From an uncultured Gemmatimonadaceae bacterium (GTDB lineage: Bacteria; Gemmatimonadota; Gemmatimonadetes; Gemmatimonadales; Gemmatimonadaceae): DNA of 64,000 nt. The translations under genes were made by a program, and so were the position numbers. Each line of letters opens with the position of its first letter. Positions within the stretch are counted from its first letter, which is position 1. A model generated the notes under the pieces. It saw only the letters and a program-made list of their open reading frames with translations. It made no database searches and had not been told where the DNA came from. The stretch covers positions 22,262-86,261 of the forward strand of contig CAZCZO010000002.1 in assembly GCA_964503275.1 (NCBI GenBank), written 5' to 3'. Of this stretch, positions 28,240 to 37,581 are shown one piece after another.

Positions 28240-29124
28240 ATGCGTCTCCCGTCCATCGTCGTTGCGGTCTCGTTGTCGGTCGGAGCACTCGGTGCGCAGC
28301 CCGCGGGTGCGCCCGAGTATGGTCCGGCGCGTGGCACCCTGCTGATCGTCGGCGGCGGCTCGACCGCCGGGACGGGGATCCTCGAGAAGTTCGTCGAGCT
28401 GGCCGGTGGGCCGGACAAGAAGTTCGTGATCGTGCCGACGGCGGGCGGGAACCGGCGGGCGAACGGCGAGCTGATCGCCTATGCGGACAGTCAGGTGCTG
28501 GCGTCGTGGCGGCGCATGGGGCTGCGCAACGTGCACATGCTGCATACGCACGACCCGACGATCGCGGACACCGACGAGTTCGCCGCCGTCCTGCGCGACG
28601 CCGATGCGGTGTGGTTCAACGGTGGGCGGCAGTGGAACATCGTGGACTCGTATGCGGGCACGAAGACCTACGATGCGTTCCACGCCGTGCTGGCGCGGGG
28701 CGGCGTGATCGCGGGCTCCAGTGCCGGTGCGACCATCCAAGGCGAGTACCTCGTGCGTGGAGCGACGGCGGGGCCGCAGATCATGATGACTGACGAGCCC
28801 GAGCATCAGGAGGGCTTCAAGTTCCTGCGTCGTTCGGCGATCGACCAGCATATCGACACACGTGGGCGCTGGGACGACCTGACGCCGGTGATGCAGCGAT
28901 TCCCGACGTACCTCGGGATCGGGATCTCCGAGGGCACGGCGATCATCGTGCGCGGGGATCGCTTCGAGGTGATGGGCAAGTGGAAGGTCGCGGTGCACGA
29001 TCCTACGCGGCCGCATCAACCGTGGGAGAAGTCGTGGTTCGTGCTGGGCGCGGGCGATGTGTACGACATGCAGGCGCGCCGGGTGGTGTCGTTCGGCACC
29101 GCGACCCAGCCGCCGCGGCGCTGA
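28240..29124 (+). CDS. Peptidase S51 (cyanophycinase-like).
   Basis: VIAGSSAGATIQG is the Ser nucleophile motif of S51/CphB. Start trimmed to MRLPSIVVAVSLSV (signal). Divergent from the beta-lactamase-like gene. Confidence 0.8.
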   Translation: MRLPSIVVAVSLSVGALGAQPAGAPEYGPARGTLLIVGGGSTAGTGILEKFVELAGGPDKKFVIVPTAGGNRRANGELIAYADSQVLASWRRMGLRNVHMLHTHDPTIADTDEFAAVLRDADAVWFNGGRQWNIVDSYAGTKTYDAFHAVLARGGVIAGSSAGATIQGEYLVRGATAGPQIMMTDEPEHQEGFKFLRRSAIDQHIDTRGRWDDLTPVMQRFPTYLGIGISEGTAIIVRGDRFEVMGKWKVAVHDPTRPHQPWEKSWFVLGAGDVYDMQARRVVSFGTATQPPRR

Positions 29125-29126
29125 GG

Positions 29127-30359
29127 TCAGCGGCGGCGGAGTGGTGTCCGCCGCCGATACGTCCACTGCCGCCACATCCACTCCACCGGGCCGTAGGCGA
29201 AGTAGCGCATCCAGAGTGCCGATGTGGGGATCAGCACGACGAGCACAGCGGCCGCGACGAGGAGACCGTCGGTGAACCCCATCGTCCCGATGCGACCGAG
29301 GCCGCGCGAGTAGAAGACCGCGCCGAGCAGCACACTCTGCGCGAGGTAGTTGGAGAGCGCCATGCGACCGACCGGCCGGAACGGCGCGAGGAGCAGGCGA
29401 CCCGCGCTGCTGCGCAGGGCGAGCACGATGCCCGCGACGTAGCCCAGGGCCAAGAGTGGTGTCCCGATCGCGCTGAGCGTGACCGCCAGAAGGCCGGACG
29501 GCGAACCGGGCAGCAGCGGTGCATCGCTGGCGAGCCAGGCGAAAGCCGCGTTGAGCGGGAGCCCGACTCCGATGCCGATGGCGGCGGTGCGCGTCAGCAG
29601 TGGCAGGTGCGCGGCCGGGTCGCGGAGGATGCCGCGGCGCTCGATCCACAGGCCGAGCAGGAACATGCCGAGGACCTTGGGGAAGCGCGCGGTCTGGACG
29701 AGATCCACCCAGCGCCCCGCGAGCCACAGGAGGTTCCACCGCAGCCAGTCGAGCGCGGAGCCACGGCCGAGGCCGTTGAACACCTGCGTCGCGAAGGGCT
29801 CGGCCGGCGTGGCGGCGTCGGCGGTCGGCGGCGGCGCGTTGAGCAGGTCGGGGAGGCCCAAGCCCCACCACAGGACGTACCACGCGATGGGCAGGAGCAG
29901 TAGCACGACGATCGCCCGCTGCAGGGTGTGATCGGCCGCGTGACGGACGCGGAACAGGATCGCGCCGAGCATGGCGTAGAGCAGCAGGATGTCGCCGGCC
30001 CACAGCAGCGTGGCGTGGGCGAGTCCGATGGCCGCGAGGATCCACAGACGGCGCGTGAAGAGCGCGGCGAAGTCGGCGCCGTTGCGCTCGGCACTTCGCA
30101 GTTGCACGCCCATGCCCAGGCCGAAGAGCAGCGAGAAGATGGAGTAGAACTTGCCCTCGAGCAGCGTGCGCTCGACAAGGTGCGCCACGTGATCGGTGCC
30201 CCAGCGGTCGAGGGCAGCTGCGGACGCGGGGTCGTGGACGATCCACCCCGAGAACACATGCACGTTGGCGAAGATGATGCCGCACATCGCAACGCCCCGG
30301 AGGATGTCGAGGGCGTCGATGCGCGGCGGGGCCGGGGCGTTCGCGGGGGGCGCGGGCAT
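29127..30359 (-). CDS. DUF418 (YeiB-like) membrane protein.
   Basis: RIDALDILRGVAMCGIIFANV, multiple TM segments and a conserved C-terminal PVEWMWR motif. Confidence 0.75.
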   Translation of the reverse strand: MPAPPANAPAPPRIDALDILRGVAMCGIIFANVHVFSGWIVHDPASAAALDRWGTDHVAHLVERTLLEGKFYSIFSLLFGLGMGVQLRSAERNGADFAALFTRRLWILAAIGLAHATLLWAGDILLLYAMLGAILFRVRHAADHTLQRAIVVLLLLPIAWYVLWWGLGLPDLLNAPPPTADAATPAEPFATQVFNGLGRGSALDWLRWNLLWLAGRWVDLVQTARFPKVLGMFLLGLWIERRGILRDPAAHLPLLTRTAAIGIGVGLPLNAAFAWLASDAPLLPGSPSGLLAVTLSAIGTPLLALGYVAGIVLALRSSAGRLLLAPFRPVGRMALSNYLAQSVLLGAVFYSRGLGRIGTMGFTDGLLVAAAVLVVLIPTSALWMRYFAYGPVEWMWRQWTYRRRTPLRRR

Positions 30360-30445
30360 GGGCTTGAAGCTAGCGTGGGCGCGACAGGGTGGTGTCTACC
30401 GTGCGGCAGGAACCGCGGCGGACCCGTGCGGCTTCAGCCTTGCAG

Positions 30446-30847
30446 ATGCCACCATCCCTGACCGATCCGACGATGCCACAGGCCATTGCGACCGACCTCG
30501 AAGAGACGCTGTTCCCCGAGTTGCCGCTGATCCCCGGGTACTCGGTCCACGATGGCGTCGAGTCGTGGGCGCTGCTGAAGGACGACGACCGGACGGTCTC
30601 GATGTGGAGTCACTACCACGCCGAACGGGTGACGACGATGCTACGCGAGCTGCGGGCGCGTCAGGCGGCGTTCACGTGGCAGCTGCGGGACGTGGCGCCG
30701 CGCGGCAACGCTGGCTTGGTCGCGCAGGCTGAGCGGCACGTGGCGGCCGTGCAGGAGGAGCTGCGGGTGTGGGAGGCCAAGCGCGACCTGCTCGAGGCGG
30801 CTCGGCGTGCGGACTCGTTCGCGCCGCGCAGCTGGCGCTGGGAGTAG
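30446..30847 (+). CDS. Hypothetical protein.
   Basis: ORF with several candidate starts (GTG 30389, ATG 30446 and ATG 30473). No motif recognised. Confidence 0.35.
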   Translation: MPPSLTDPTMPQAIATDLEETLFPELPLIPGYSVHDGVESWALLKDDDRTVSMWSHYHAERVTTMLRELRARQAAFTWQLRDVAPRGNAGLVAQAERHVAAVQEELRVWEAKRDLLEAARRADSFAPRSWRWE

Positions 30848-30902
30848 CACCGGTCGTGATGGGGCCGAGCCCTGCGGCGGCGGCCCCATCACCCTGCGCC
30901 CG

Positions 30903-31346
30903 TCAGACGTACCCGACGCGCTCGTCCAGCGCGGTCGCACTGCGCTGGAAGGTCCCGGACCCTGTGGCCACCAAGCGGCCGCGCGGGTCGTGCACGGAGG
31001 CTTCGGCCACGCAGAGGTTGCGTGAGCGGTGCAGCACGCGGCCGGTCGCGATGAGCACACCGTCGGTCGCTGGTCGCATGAAGGTCGTGGTGAACGACAC
31101 CGTCACGAGGAAGACCTCGCGCACCTGCGAGGCGGCGGCGAAGTAGGCGGCGTCGTCGAGCAGCTTGAAGATGACCGCCCCGTGGGCCGCCCCGCCGGCG
31201 TGATGCATGTCGGGCGTGAGGGTGAGCCGGACGGAGGCATAGCCGTCGTCCACGTGCAGGATGGGCGCCGGTACACGGTTGATGGCGGCGCCGTGGAACA
31301 TGTGCTCCAGGCGCCGCCAGTGCTCGAGCATGTGATCGCCGGTCAC
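30903..31346 (-). CDS. Hotdog-fold thioesterase (PaaI/YbgC-like).
   Basis: ...HAGGAAHGAVIFKLLDDAAYFAAAS... Its start abuts the flotillin stop. Confidence 0.7.
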   Translation of the reverse strand: MTGDHMLEHWRRLEHMFHGAAINRVPAPILHVDDGYASVRLTLTPDMHHAGGAAHGAVIFKLLDDAAYFAAASQVREVFLVTVSFTTTFMRPATDGVLIATGRVLHRSRNLCVAEASVHDPRGRLVATGSGTFQRSATALDERVGYV

Positions 31347-32659
31347 GCCCCCTCGCCCGACGACGGCGTGACGTCGCCGCTGAGCTTGGACACGATGCCC
31401 TGCAGGACCTTCGACGGGTCGAAGCCATTCGCTCCGCCGATGCCCTCGATCAGCGACTGCATGGCCTGCAGCCGCTGGTTGGTGACCTGCGCCAAGCCCC
31501 CGCCACCGGCGCCGCCGTCCATCACGATCATGCGATCGACGTCGATGCCGCTCACCGCGTCGGCCGCAGTCTTGAAGAGCTCGGGGTACATCTGCAGCAC
31601 CAGCAGCTGCAGGCCGGCATCACCGGACTGCTTGATGGTCTCGAGCAGGACGCGGACGGCCTCGGCCTTCGCCTTGCCGTCCTCACGGATCGGTGCCGCG
31701 TCGGCCTCGGCGGCCAACTGCGCGGCCTGCAGGCGCGCGCGCGCCGGCTCGACCTCCTGCACCTGCAGCTCCAGCTTGCGCAGCTCGATGCGCTCGCCTT
31801 CCACGGCGCGCATCGCCTGGGTCTCGGCCTCCTGCGCGCGCGCGAGGGCCGTGCGCTCGGCGATCTGTGACTGCTGCTCAAGCTCGGCGCGGCGCACGCG
31901 CAACATGTTCTCGGCCTCAGCGATCTGCGTCTCGTTCTGCGACTCGGCGACCTTGGCACGCTTCTCGGCCTCGGCCTGGACCAACTTGGTCTCGGCGCGC
32001 GCGTTGGCCTCGGCGATCTCGGCGTTGCGCAGCACCTCGGCGGTCCGCATGCGGCCGAAGGCCAGCAGGTAGCCCGCCTCGTCGGCGATCTGCTGGATCT
32101 TCAGCGTGTCGAGCTGCAGGCCGAGCTTGTTGAGGTCGCGCGTGGCCTCTTCGGCCAGCGACTGCTCGAACTTGGTACGGTCCTCGTTGGCCTCTTCCGG
32201 CGACAGCGAGGCGAGCACGCCGCGCAGGTTGCCGGTCAGGGTCTCCTGGGCCTGCTTGGCGATCTCGTTGGGATGCACGCCGAGGAAGCGCTCGACCGCG
32301 TTGCCGAACACGCCCTCCGGGATGGACGCGATCTTGACGTTGGCCTGCGCCTGGACGTTGATGGGGATGCCGCCCTTCGCGAAGGTGTTCTGCACGTTCA
32401 CCGGGATGGAGAAGGTGCGGAGGTCCATGTACGCCACGCTCTCGAGGAGCGGGATGCGGAAGGCGCGGCCGCCGCGCACGACGCGGTAGCCGATGGTGGT
32501 CCCCGACTCGGTGGGTCGCGCGCGGCCGGTGATGACCGCGACGGTGTTCGGCGGCACGATGATCAGACAGGCCTTGATGATCCCGATGATCGCGACGACG
32601 AGGATGAAGAGCGCGAAGGGGATGCCGATGAACGGCAGCAGGCCGAGGAGATCGTTCAT
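31343..32659 (-). CDS. Flotillin-like SPFH protein (YqiK/FloA family).
   Basis: Start trimmed to MNDLLGLLPFIGIPFALFILVV (complement of cat at 32657-32659). SPFH domain followed by long EA-rich coiled-coil repeats. Confidence 0.9.
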   Translation of the reverse strand: MNDLLGLLPFIGIPFALFILVVAIIGIIKACLIIVPPNTVAVITGRARPTESGTTIGYRVVRGGRAFRIPLLESVAYMDLRTFSIPVNVQNTFAKGGIPINVQAQANVKIASIPEGVFGNAVERFLGVHPNEIAKQAQETLTGNLRGVLASLSPEEANEDRTKFEQSLAEEATRDLNKLGLQLDTLKIQQIADEAGYLLAFGRMRTAEVLRNAEIAEANARAETKLVQAEAEKRAKVAESQNETQIAEAENMLRVRRAELEQQSQIAERTALARAQEAETQAMRAVEGERIELRKLELQVQEVEPARARLQAAQLAAEADAAPIREDGKAKAEAVRVLLETIKQSGDAGLQLLVLQMYPELFKTAADAVSGIDVDRMIVMDGGAGGGGLAQVTNQRLQAMQSLIEGIGGANGFDPSKVLQGIVSKLSGDVTPSSGEGA

Positions 32660-33210
32660 TGCACGGAGTCCGAGGGAGAGGGTAGTGCGAGGGGAGAGAC
32701 CAACGCGGTGCCATCCACGACCTGCTCGATCACGCAGCGCGCGAACGACTCCGACGGGACGTGGGCGAAGTCGGGCGCGCGGCGCGCGACCAACTCCGTG
32801 AGTTGCCCGCCAGCGGTGAACTCGACGCGGCCGAGTCCATCGATGCCGAAGGGCAGGACGAGGCGCCCTTCGGCGCCCATCCACAGCGAGTCGCCGGGCG
32901 CCTCGCCCGACTCCGACTGCTTGAGGTAGCGGAACAGCGCGCTCACGCCGACCCAGGTGCCCGCGCCCAGCAGGGTCGCGACGGTGAGCGCGGTGGACGG
33001 GCTCCAACCGCCGGTGAGCCCGAGCCACCCGGCCACACCGAAGATCAGCGCGCCGAACGCGAGCGAGCGGATGGAGAACAGCGCCCAGAGGCCGCCGCCG
33101 CTGGCGCCGTCGGGTGCATCGTCGGCCGAGAAGTCGGCGTCGCCGGCGATGAACCCCCACGCGACGAAGAGCAGGCCGAAGGTCGCAGCGGCGATGTAGA
33201 CGTTGGACAC
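32656..33210 (-). CDS. NfeD-like (YqiJ-type) membrane protein partner of flotillin.
   Basis: TM helices plus a C-terminal OB-fold-like segment (GRLVLPFGIDGLGRVEFTAGGQLTELVAR). Its stop overlaps the flotillin start by 4 bp. The start is uncertain (GTG 33210 or upstream). Confidence 0.6.
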   Translation of the reverse strand: MSNVYIAAATFGLLFVAWGFIAGDADFSADDAPDGASGGGLWALFSIRSLAFGALIFGVAGWLGLTGGWSPSTALTVATLLGAGTWVGVSALFRYLKQSESGEAPGDSLWMGAEGRLVLPFGIDGLGRVEFTAGGQLTELVARRAPDFAHVPSESFARCVIEQVVDGTALVSPLALPSPSDSVQ

Positions 33211-33381
33211 GGCGGAGGAGGAGAGCGTGGTCGGCGACGGAGCGTGAGGCCTCCCTGAATCTACGGCATCGCCGCGGTGCAGGTTTCGGCGTCGACCGGT
33301 CGCGCGCCGGTCGAACGCCGGGCGCACGCCGGGCGCATGCCCTCTCGGTCCCGGGCGGCTCCGCCTCTAGATTGCACCCCT

Positions 33382-33927
33382 ATGGCACTGACCGCGACCC
33401 TGTACCACTTCGACGTCACCCTCAGCCTCGTGGACCGTGGTGTGTACGAGCCCATCGCGTTCAAGGCGGCTCGGCATCCGTCGGAGAGCGAGGACTACCT
33501 GCTGACGCGGGTGCTGGCGTACTGTGTCGAGTACACCGAGGGCATCGCGTTCTCGAGCGGTGGGATCTCGGACCCCGAGGACCCGCCGCTGCTGGTGAAG
33601 GATCTCACGGGCGCGTGGCGGAGTTGGATCGAGATCGGAGCGCCCGATGCCGCGCGACTGCACCGGGCCAGCAAGGCGAGTCCGCGCGTGGCGCTGTACA
33701 CGCACAAGGAGCCGCGGATCCTGCTGCGTGGCTTCGAGGGGCAGCGCATCCATCGCGCCGAGGCGATCGAGGTGTACGCGGTCGATCGCGCGATGCTCGA
33801 GGCGCTGGCGGCGACGCTGGACCGGCGTAACCGCTGGACGCTGTCGGTGACCGAGGGGGACGTGTATCTCGATGTCGGTGGCGAGACGATCAGCGGAACG
33901 CTCGAGCGACTGTCGCTGCCGGTGTGA
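33382..33927 (+). CDS. yaeQ: YaeQ family protein.
   Basis: MALTATLYHFDVTLSLVDRGVYEPIAFKAARHPSESEDYLLTRVLAY matches the YaeQ N-terminal consensus. Confidence 0.8.
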   Translation: MALTATLYHFDVTLSLVDRGVYEPIAFKAARHPSESEDYLLTRVLAYCVEYTEGIAFSSGGISDPEDPPLLVKDLTGAWRSWIEIGAPDAARLHRASKASPRVALYTHKEPRILLRGFEGQRIHRAEAIEVYAVDRAMLEALAATLDRRNRWTLSVTEGDVYLDVGGETISGTLERLSLPV

Positions 33928-33959
33928 GCGCGGCACCCGGCTGACGGGCGGGTGCGCGG

Positions 33960-34595
33960 TCAGTCGTCGTCTGCGGACGGGAGCGAACGCTCGCGCTCAC
34001 GTCGCGTCCGGGGCTCTGTGCGCCACGCGGTCGCCAGCAGGTACAGCGCCCCACCGCAGACATTGGCGATGAGGTCCTGCATGTTGTTGTCGTAGTCCCC
34101 GACGCCGTTGGCGGGGATCGTGAGCACGACGACGTACTCGACCACCTCGATGACGGCCCCCAGGCCGAGGACGGTCGTCAGCAGGATGACACGGGTGAGC
34201 GGGCCGCGCGGGAGCGCGAGGATGGTGAAGACGCGATCCACGAGCATGGCGATGGCGAGCGCGTTGACGAGATGGACGAACTTGTCGTAGCGGATGCCGA
34301 GCAGGTGCTGGTCGTAGAGCCGCCCGCCGGGGAACTGCACGAAGGCGCCGGCGAAGTGCATCAGGATGCCGACCTGCACGAGTGCGAGCAGTCGCGGGTC
34401 GAAGGCGTGGTCGCGGAAGGTGTGCCACAGCGCGATGATCCCGAACAGCAGGACGATCGCATAGATGAAGAACTCCTCGAGATGGCCCGGCCCGCGATAG
34501 TGCACGAAGCGTGCGTGGTAGCGGAACACCAGCAGCACGAGGAACAGGCCGATGTTCACCGCAGCGAAGGCATCGACGGGCCGCAGGCGTCGCAT
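33960..34595 (-). CDS. DUF2238 family membrane protein.
   Basis: MRRLRPVDAFAAVNIGLFLVLLVF... shows several TM segments. Its start lies 1 nt after the ABC ATPase stop. Confidence 0.7.
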   Translation of the reverse strand: MRRLRPVDAFAAVNIGLFLVLLVFRYHARFVHYRGPGHLEEFFIYAIVLLFGIIALWHTFRDHAFDPRLLALVQVGILMHFAGAFVQFPGGRLYDQHLLGIRYDKFVHLVNALAIAMLVDRVFTILALPRGPLTRVILLTTVLGLGAVIEVVEYVVVLTIPANGVGDYDNNMQDLIANVCGGALYLLATAWRTEPRTRRERERSLPSADDD

Positions 34596-34596
34596 G

Positions 34597-35271
34597 TCAG
34601 CTGACTCCGACCACGCGGCCGTCGCGCAGGGCGATGCGGCGGTCGGCGGCGGCGGCGACCTCGCTGTTGTGGGTGGCGATGAGCACCAGCGCGTTCCGCG
34701 TGCGCGCCGCGGCGGTGAGCAGCGCGACCACGCGGGCGCCGTGGACGCTGTCGAGGTTACCGGTGGGTTCGTCGGCGATGAGCACCGGCGGTGCATTGGC
34801 GAGCGCGCGGGCCACAGCGGCCCGTTGCCGTTCGCCCCCCGAGACCGTGGCGGGCAGCGCCGTGGCCCGGTGGGCCAGGTCGACCTCGTGCAGGAGCGCC
34901 TCGGCGCGGGCGAGGCGTGCGCGCCGCGGGACGCCCAGCGGCAGCATCGCCGCGGCGACATTCTCGCGCAAGGTCATCGTGGGGACCATGTGATGGTACT
35001 GGAACACGAAGCCGACCTGTCGGGCGCGGAACGCGGCCCCATCGCGGACGGTGGCAAGGTCCACCCCATCGACCTCGATGCGGCCCGCCGTGGGCCGGTC
35101 GAGCAGGCCGATGAGCGAGAGCAGCGTGGTCTTCCCACAGCCGGATGGGCCGGTGAGCGCGATGATCTCGCCGGCCTTCGCGGTGAAGGACACGCCGTCG
35201 AGGGCGCGGACGGCATTCGCCTCGAAGAAGCGGGCGAGGTCCGTGATGCGGAGGCGCGCGACGTCACTCAT
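34597..35271 (-). CDS. ABC transporter ATP-binding protein (FtsE/LolD/MacB type).
   Basis: Walker A GPSGCGKTT, signature LSGGERQR, Walker B LIADEPTGNLD. Confidence 0.9.
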   Translation of the reverse strand: MSDVARLRITDLARFFEANAVRALDGVSFTAKAGEIIALTGPSGCGKTTLLSLIGLLDRPTAGRIEVDGVDLATVRDGAAFRARQVGFVFQYHHMVPTMTLRENVAAAMLPLGVPRRARLARAEALLHEVDLAHRATALPATVSGGERQRAAVARALANAPPVLIADEPTGNLDSVHGARVVALLTAAARTRNALVLIATHNSEVAAAADRRIALRDGRVVGVS

Positions 35272-36364
35272 GGCGGAGCGCGGTGAGTGGTTGCACCCGC
35301 CACACCATCACGGCCGGCCAGGCCAAGGCGAGCGCGGCGACGAGGACGGCGATCCCGCCCGACGTCAGCGCGAGTGACCACGGGTAGCGCACCGGGATCC
35401 AGCCCACGCCGATCGCATCGCTGGCGTTCACCGCGCGCAGCAGCGTCAGGGCGGCGAGGTTCCCGAGCACCGCGCCACTCATACAAAGGACCAGTGATTC
35501 GGCGAACAGCATGCGCAACACGTGCCAGGGCCGCCATCCGATGGCCATCAGGATGCCGAGTTCGCGGGTGCGTTCGCCCACCGCCATCAGCAGCGTGTTG
35601 ACGACCACGAGGATCGTGGCGCCGATCGCGATCACCGCAAGGGTGCGCACGAAGGCGTCGACGACGCGCAGGAGGCGCATGGCCCCGGCGAACTCGGTGC
35701 CGGGCACGACGCGGAAGCGGGGGAACTCCTCCGTGATGCGTGCGGTGGCAGCGCGGACGCGCGCGCTGTCGCCGAGCCGGAGGATGGCGACGGAGAACTG
35801 CGGGTCGGCGCCCTCTCGGGTGATGGCGGCCTGTGCGGCGGGCAGGTCGAGGAGCACGGCGCCGTCGAGCATGCGGCTGCCGGTGCGGAAGATGCCGACC
35901 ACGCGCCTCGGGCGACCGTCGAAGGTCAGGGTGTCGCCGATGCGCCGTGCCAGGCGACCGGCGAGGACCTCCCCCAGCATGAGTTCATCATCGGGGGCGG
36001 TGAAGGTGGCTCCGGCGCTCAGCGGCAGCGTGGGCAGGAACGGACGGGGCACGCCGAGGACGAGGACGTAGGCGTTCCAGGGCTCGTTGCGCGTGCCCAT
36101 CACCAGCGGGGTGAGGGCTTCGCCGAACGCGGCCTGGAGCGAGTCCATCTGCGCCGGGGCGATGCGCGACGAGAACGGCGAGGTGGCGCGTCGTTCGTAC
36201 ACGACGAGCTCGAGGCCGTAGGCCCCCGCCGCGTCGGCGATCTGGCGCTGGATGTCCGTGGTGATCGCCCGGACGGTGACGAAGAGCGCGATGCCGACCG
36301 CGATGCCCGCGAGGGTGAGGACGGTCCTCGCGGGGGCGCGGCGGAGGTTGCGGAGGGCGATCAC
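35264..36364 (-). CDS. FtsX-like ABC permease (MacB/LolCE-type, four TM segments with a periplasmic domain).
   Basis: N-terminal TM segment, a periplasmic domain, and a C-terminal three-TM FtsX domain (...LLMAVGERTRELGILMAIGW...). It overlaps the ATPase gene. Confidence 0.85.
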   Translation of the reverse strand: MIALRNLRRAPARTVLTLAGIAVGIALFVTVRAITTDIQRQIADAAGAYGLELVVYERRATSPFSSRIAPAQMDSLQAAFGEALTPLVMGTRNEPWNAYVLVLGVPRPFLPTLPLSAGATFTAPDDELMLGEVLAGRLARRIGDTLTFDGRPRRVVGIFRTGSRMLDGAVLLDLPAAQAAITREGADPQFSVAILRLGDSARVRAATARITEEFPRFRVVPGTEFAGAMRLLRVVDAFVRTLAVIAIGATILVVVNTLLMAVGERTRELGILMAIGWRPWHVLRMLFAESLVLCMSGAVLGNLAALTLLRAVNASDAIGVGWIPVRYPWSLALTSGGIAVLVAALALAWPAVMVWRVQPLTALRHE

Positions 36365-36419
36365 GAGGGGTCGCGTGTGACCGAGGCCCCGGTGGCGGGG
36401 CCTCGGTGCGGCGGCGGGA

Positions 36420-37415
36420 TCAGCGGCAGCGCGGGACGTTGGTGACCGGTTGCCCGTTGACGGTCATGGTGCCCTGCAGGACGTCGCCCGGGACGAGCGT
36501 GAGGACCGCACGTTCGCTGTCCTTGCCCTTGAACTCGAGCTGGCCGCCGAGGAAATCCCCGTCGTCGTCGGTGGTGATCGCTGTCGCGGTGGACACGTCG
36601 AAGTAGCTGCCATCGGAGCGGTAACCGCGTCCGCTGATGGTCAAGCGGTCACCGCCGGAGGGCAACACATACGTCGAGATCCGGTAGTCCTTTTGCCGGT
36701 AGGTCTTGTTGGTGACCAGGTTGGTGATGCGCACCTCGCTGCTCTTGAGCTCGTCGGGTGACGACGCGGTCGGGTCGCCGCCCGGCACGCCGGCGTCGTA
36801 ACGATAGCCCTCGAAGGCGATGCGCTGGGAGGCGAGGGTCTGGCCGCTGGCGTTGCGCACGGTCTGGGTGATGCCGTCGCGACTGTCGGCTTCGACGCGA
36901 CTGGTGATCGGGCCACTGGCCGATGGGGTGCCCACGTTCTTGAAGGTCACCTGCCCGTTCATCGTGGTCTGTTCGCCCGCGTCGCCGACGCTGCAGTAGT
37001 TCTCGAAGGCGAAGGTGCCGGTGGTGGTCCCGTTGCTGTGGCTGTAGTCATCGAGGTAGCGAGCCCGACCGCCGCAGGAGCCCATTTCGTCGGCGGGGCG
37101 CTGACTGGTCAGGCCGAAGCGCTCAAAGGGGCCGCGCAGCACCGGGTCGCGGCGGAGCGCGATCATCTGCTCGAGCACCGTGGGATCGCAATCGCTGGCC
37201 GGGTCGGCGGCGATGGCCCCGGCGTCGTTGCTGCAGACATTGATGAAGGCCGACATCGTCGTGATGCCGGTCTCGACCGACGCGGTCGTGAACGTGGTCG
37301 CGCCGCCGCCGCCGGGGCCGCCGGAGGAGTCCGACTGGCAGGCAGCCACTGCAAGCGTACATGCGGCGATGGCCGCGGAGGACCAGGACTTGAGGGACGA
37401 CACGGTGTACCTCAC
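36420..37415 (-). CDS. Hypothetical lipoprotein at the head of the FtsX/ABC operon.
   Basis: Lipobox ...AIAACTLAVAAC followed by a Gly/Thr/Ser-rich mature part. The start is uncertain (GTG 37415 or GTG 37472). Confidence 0.5.
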   Translation of the reverse strand: MRYTVSSLKSWSSAAIAACTLAVAACQSDSSGGPGGGGATTFTTASVETGITTMSAFINVCSNDAGAIAADPASDCDPTVLEQMIALRRDPVLRGPFERFGLTSQRPADEMGSCGGRARYLDDYSHSNGTTTGTFAFENYCSVGDAGEQTTMNGQVTFKNVGTPSASGPITSRVEADSRDGITQTVRNASGQTLASQRIAFEGYRYDAGVPGGDPTASSPDELKSSEVRITNLVTNKTYRQKDYRISTYVLPSGGDRLTISGRGYRSDGSYFDVSTATAITTDDDGDFLGGQLEFKGKDSERAVLTLVPGDVLQGTMTVNGQPVTNVPRCR

Positions 37416-37581
37416 AGGAAGTAGGTACACTGAGGTATCGGAGGGCTTCGTGTGGTCCTTGAGCGGTGTCACGAATCGTGACGGCTCGGGTCTGGGTCGT
37501 TCGAGTCCGGGCTCTCGGAGGCCATCCTCTCCGTCGTGCGGAACCGGCCGAAGGTCGTGGAGTTGCGGGCGACGCGGTAGC

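Noticed and set aside
37495-37530. tRNA-like T-arm sequence GGTCGTTCGAGTCCGGG.
   Set aside because: No matching acceptor stem, D-arm or anticodon arm can be folded on either strand. There is no CCA context. It is probably fortuitous.
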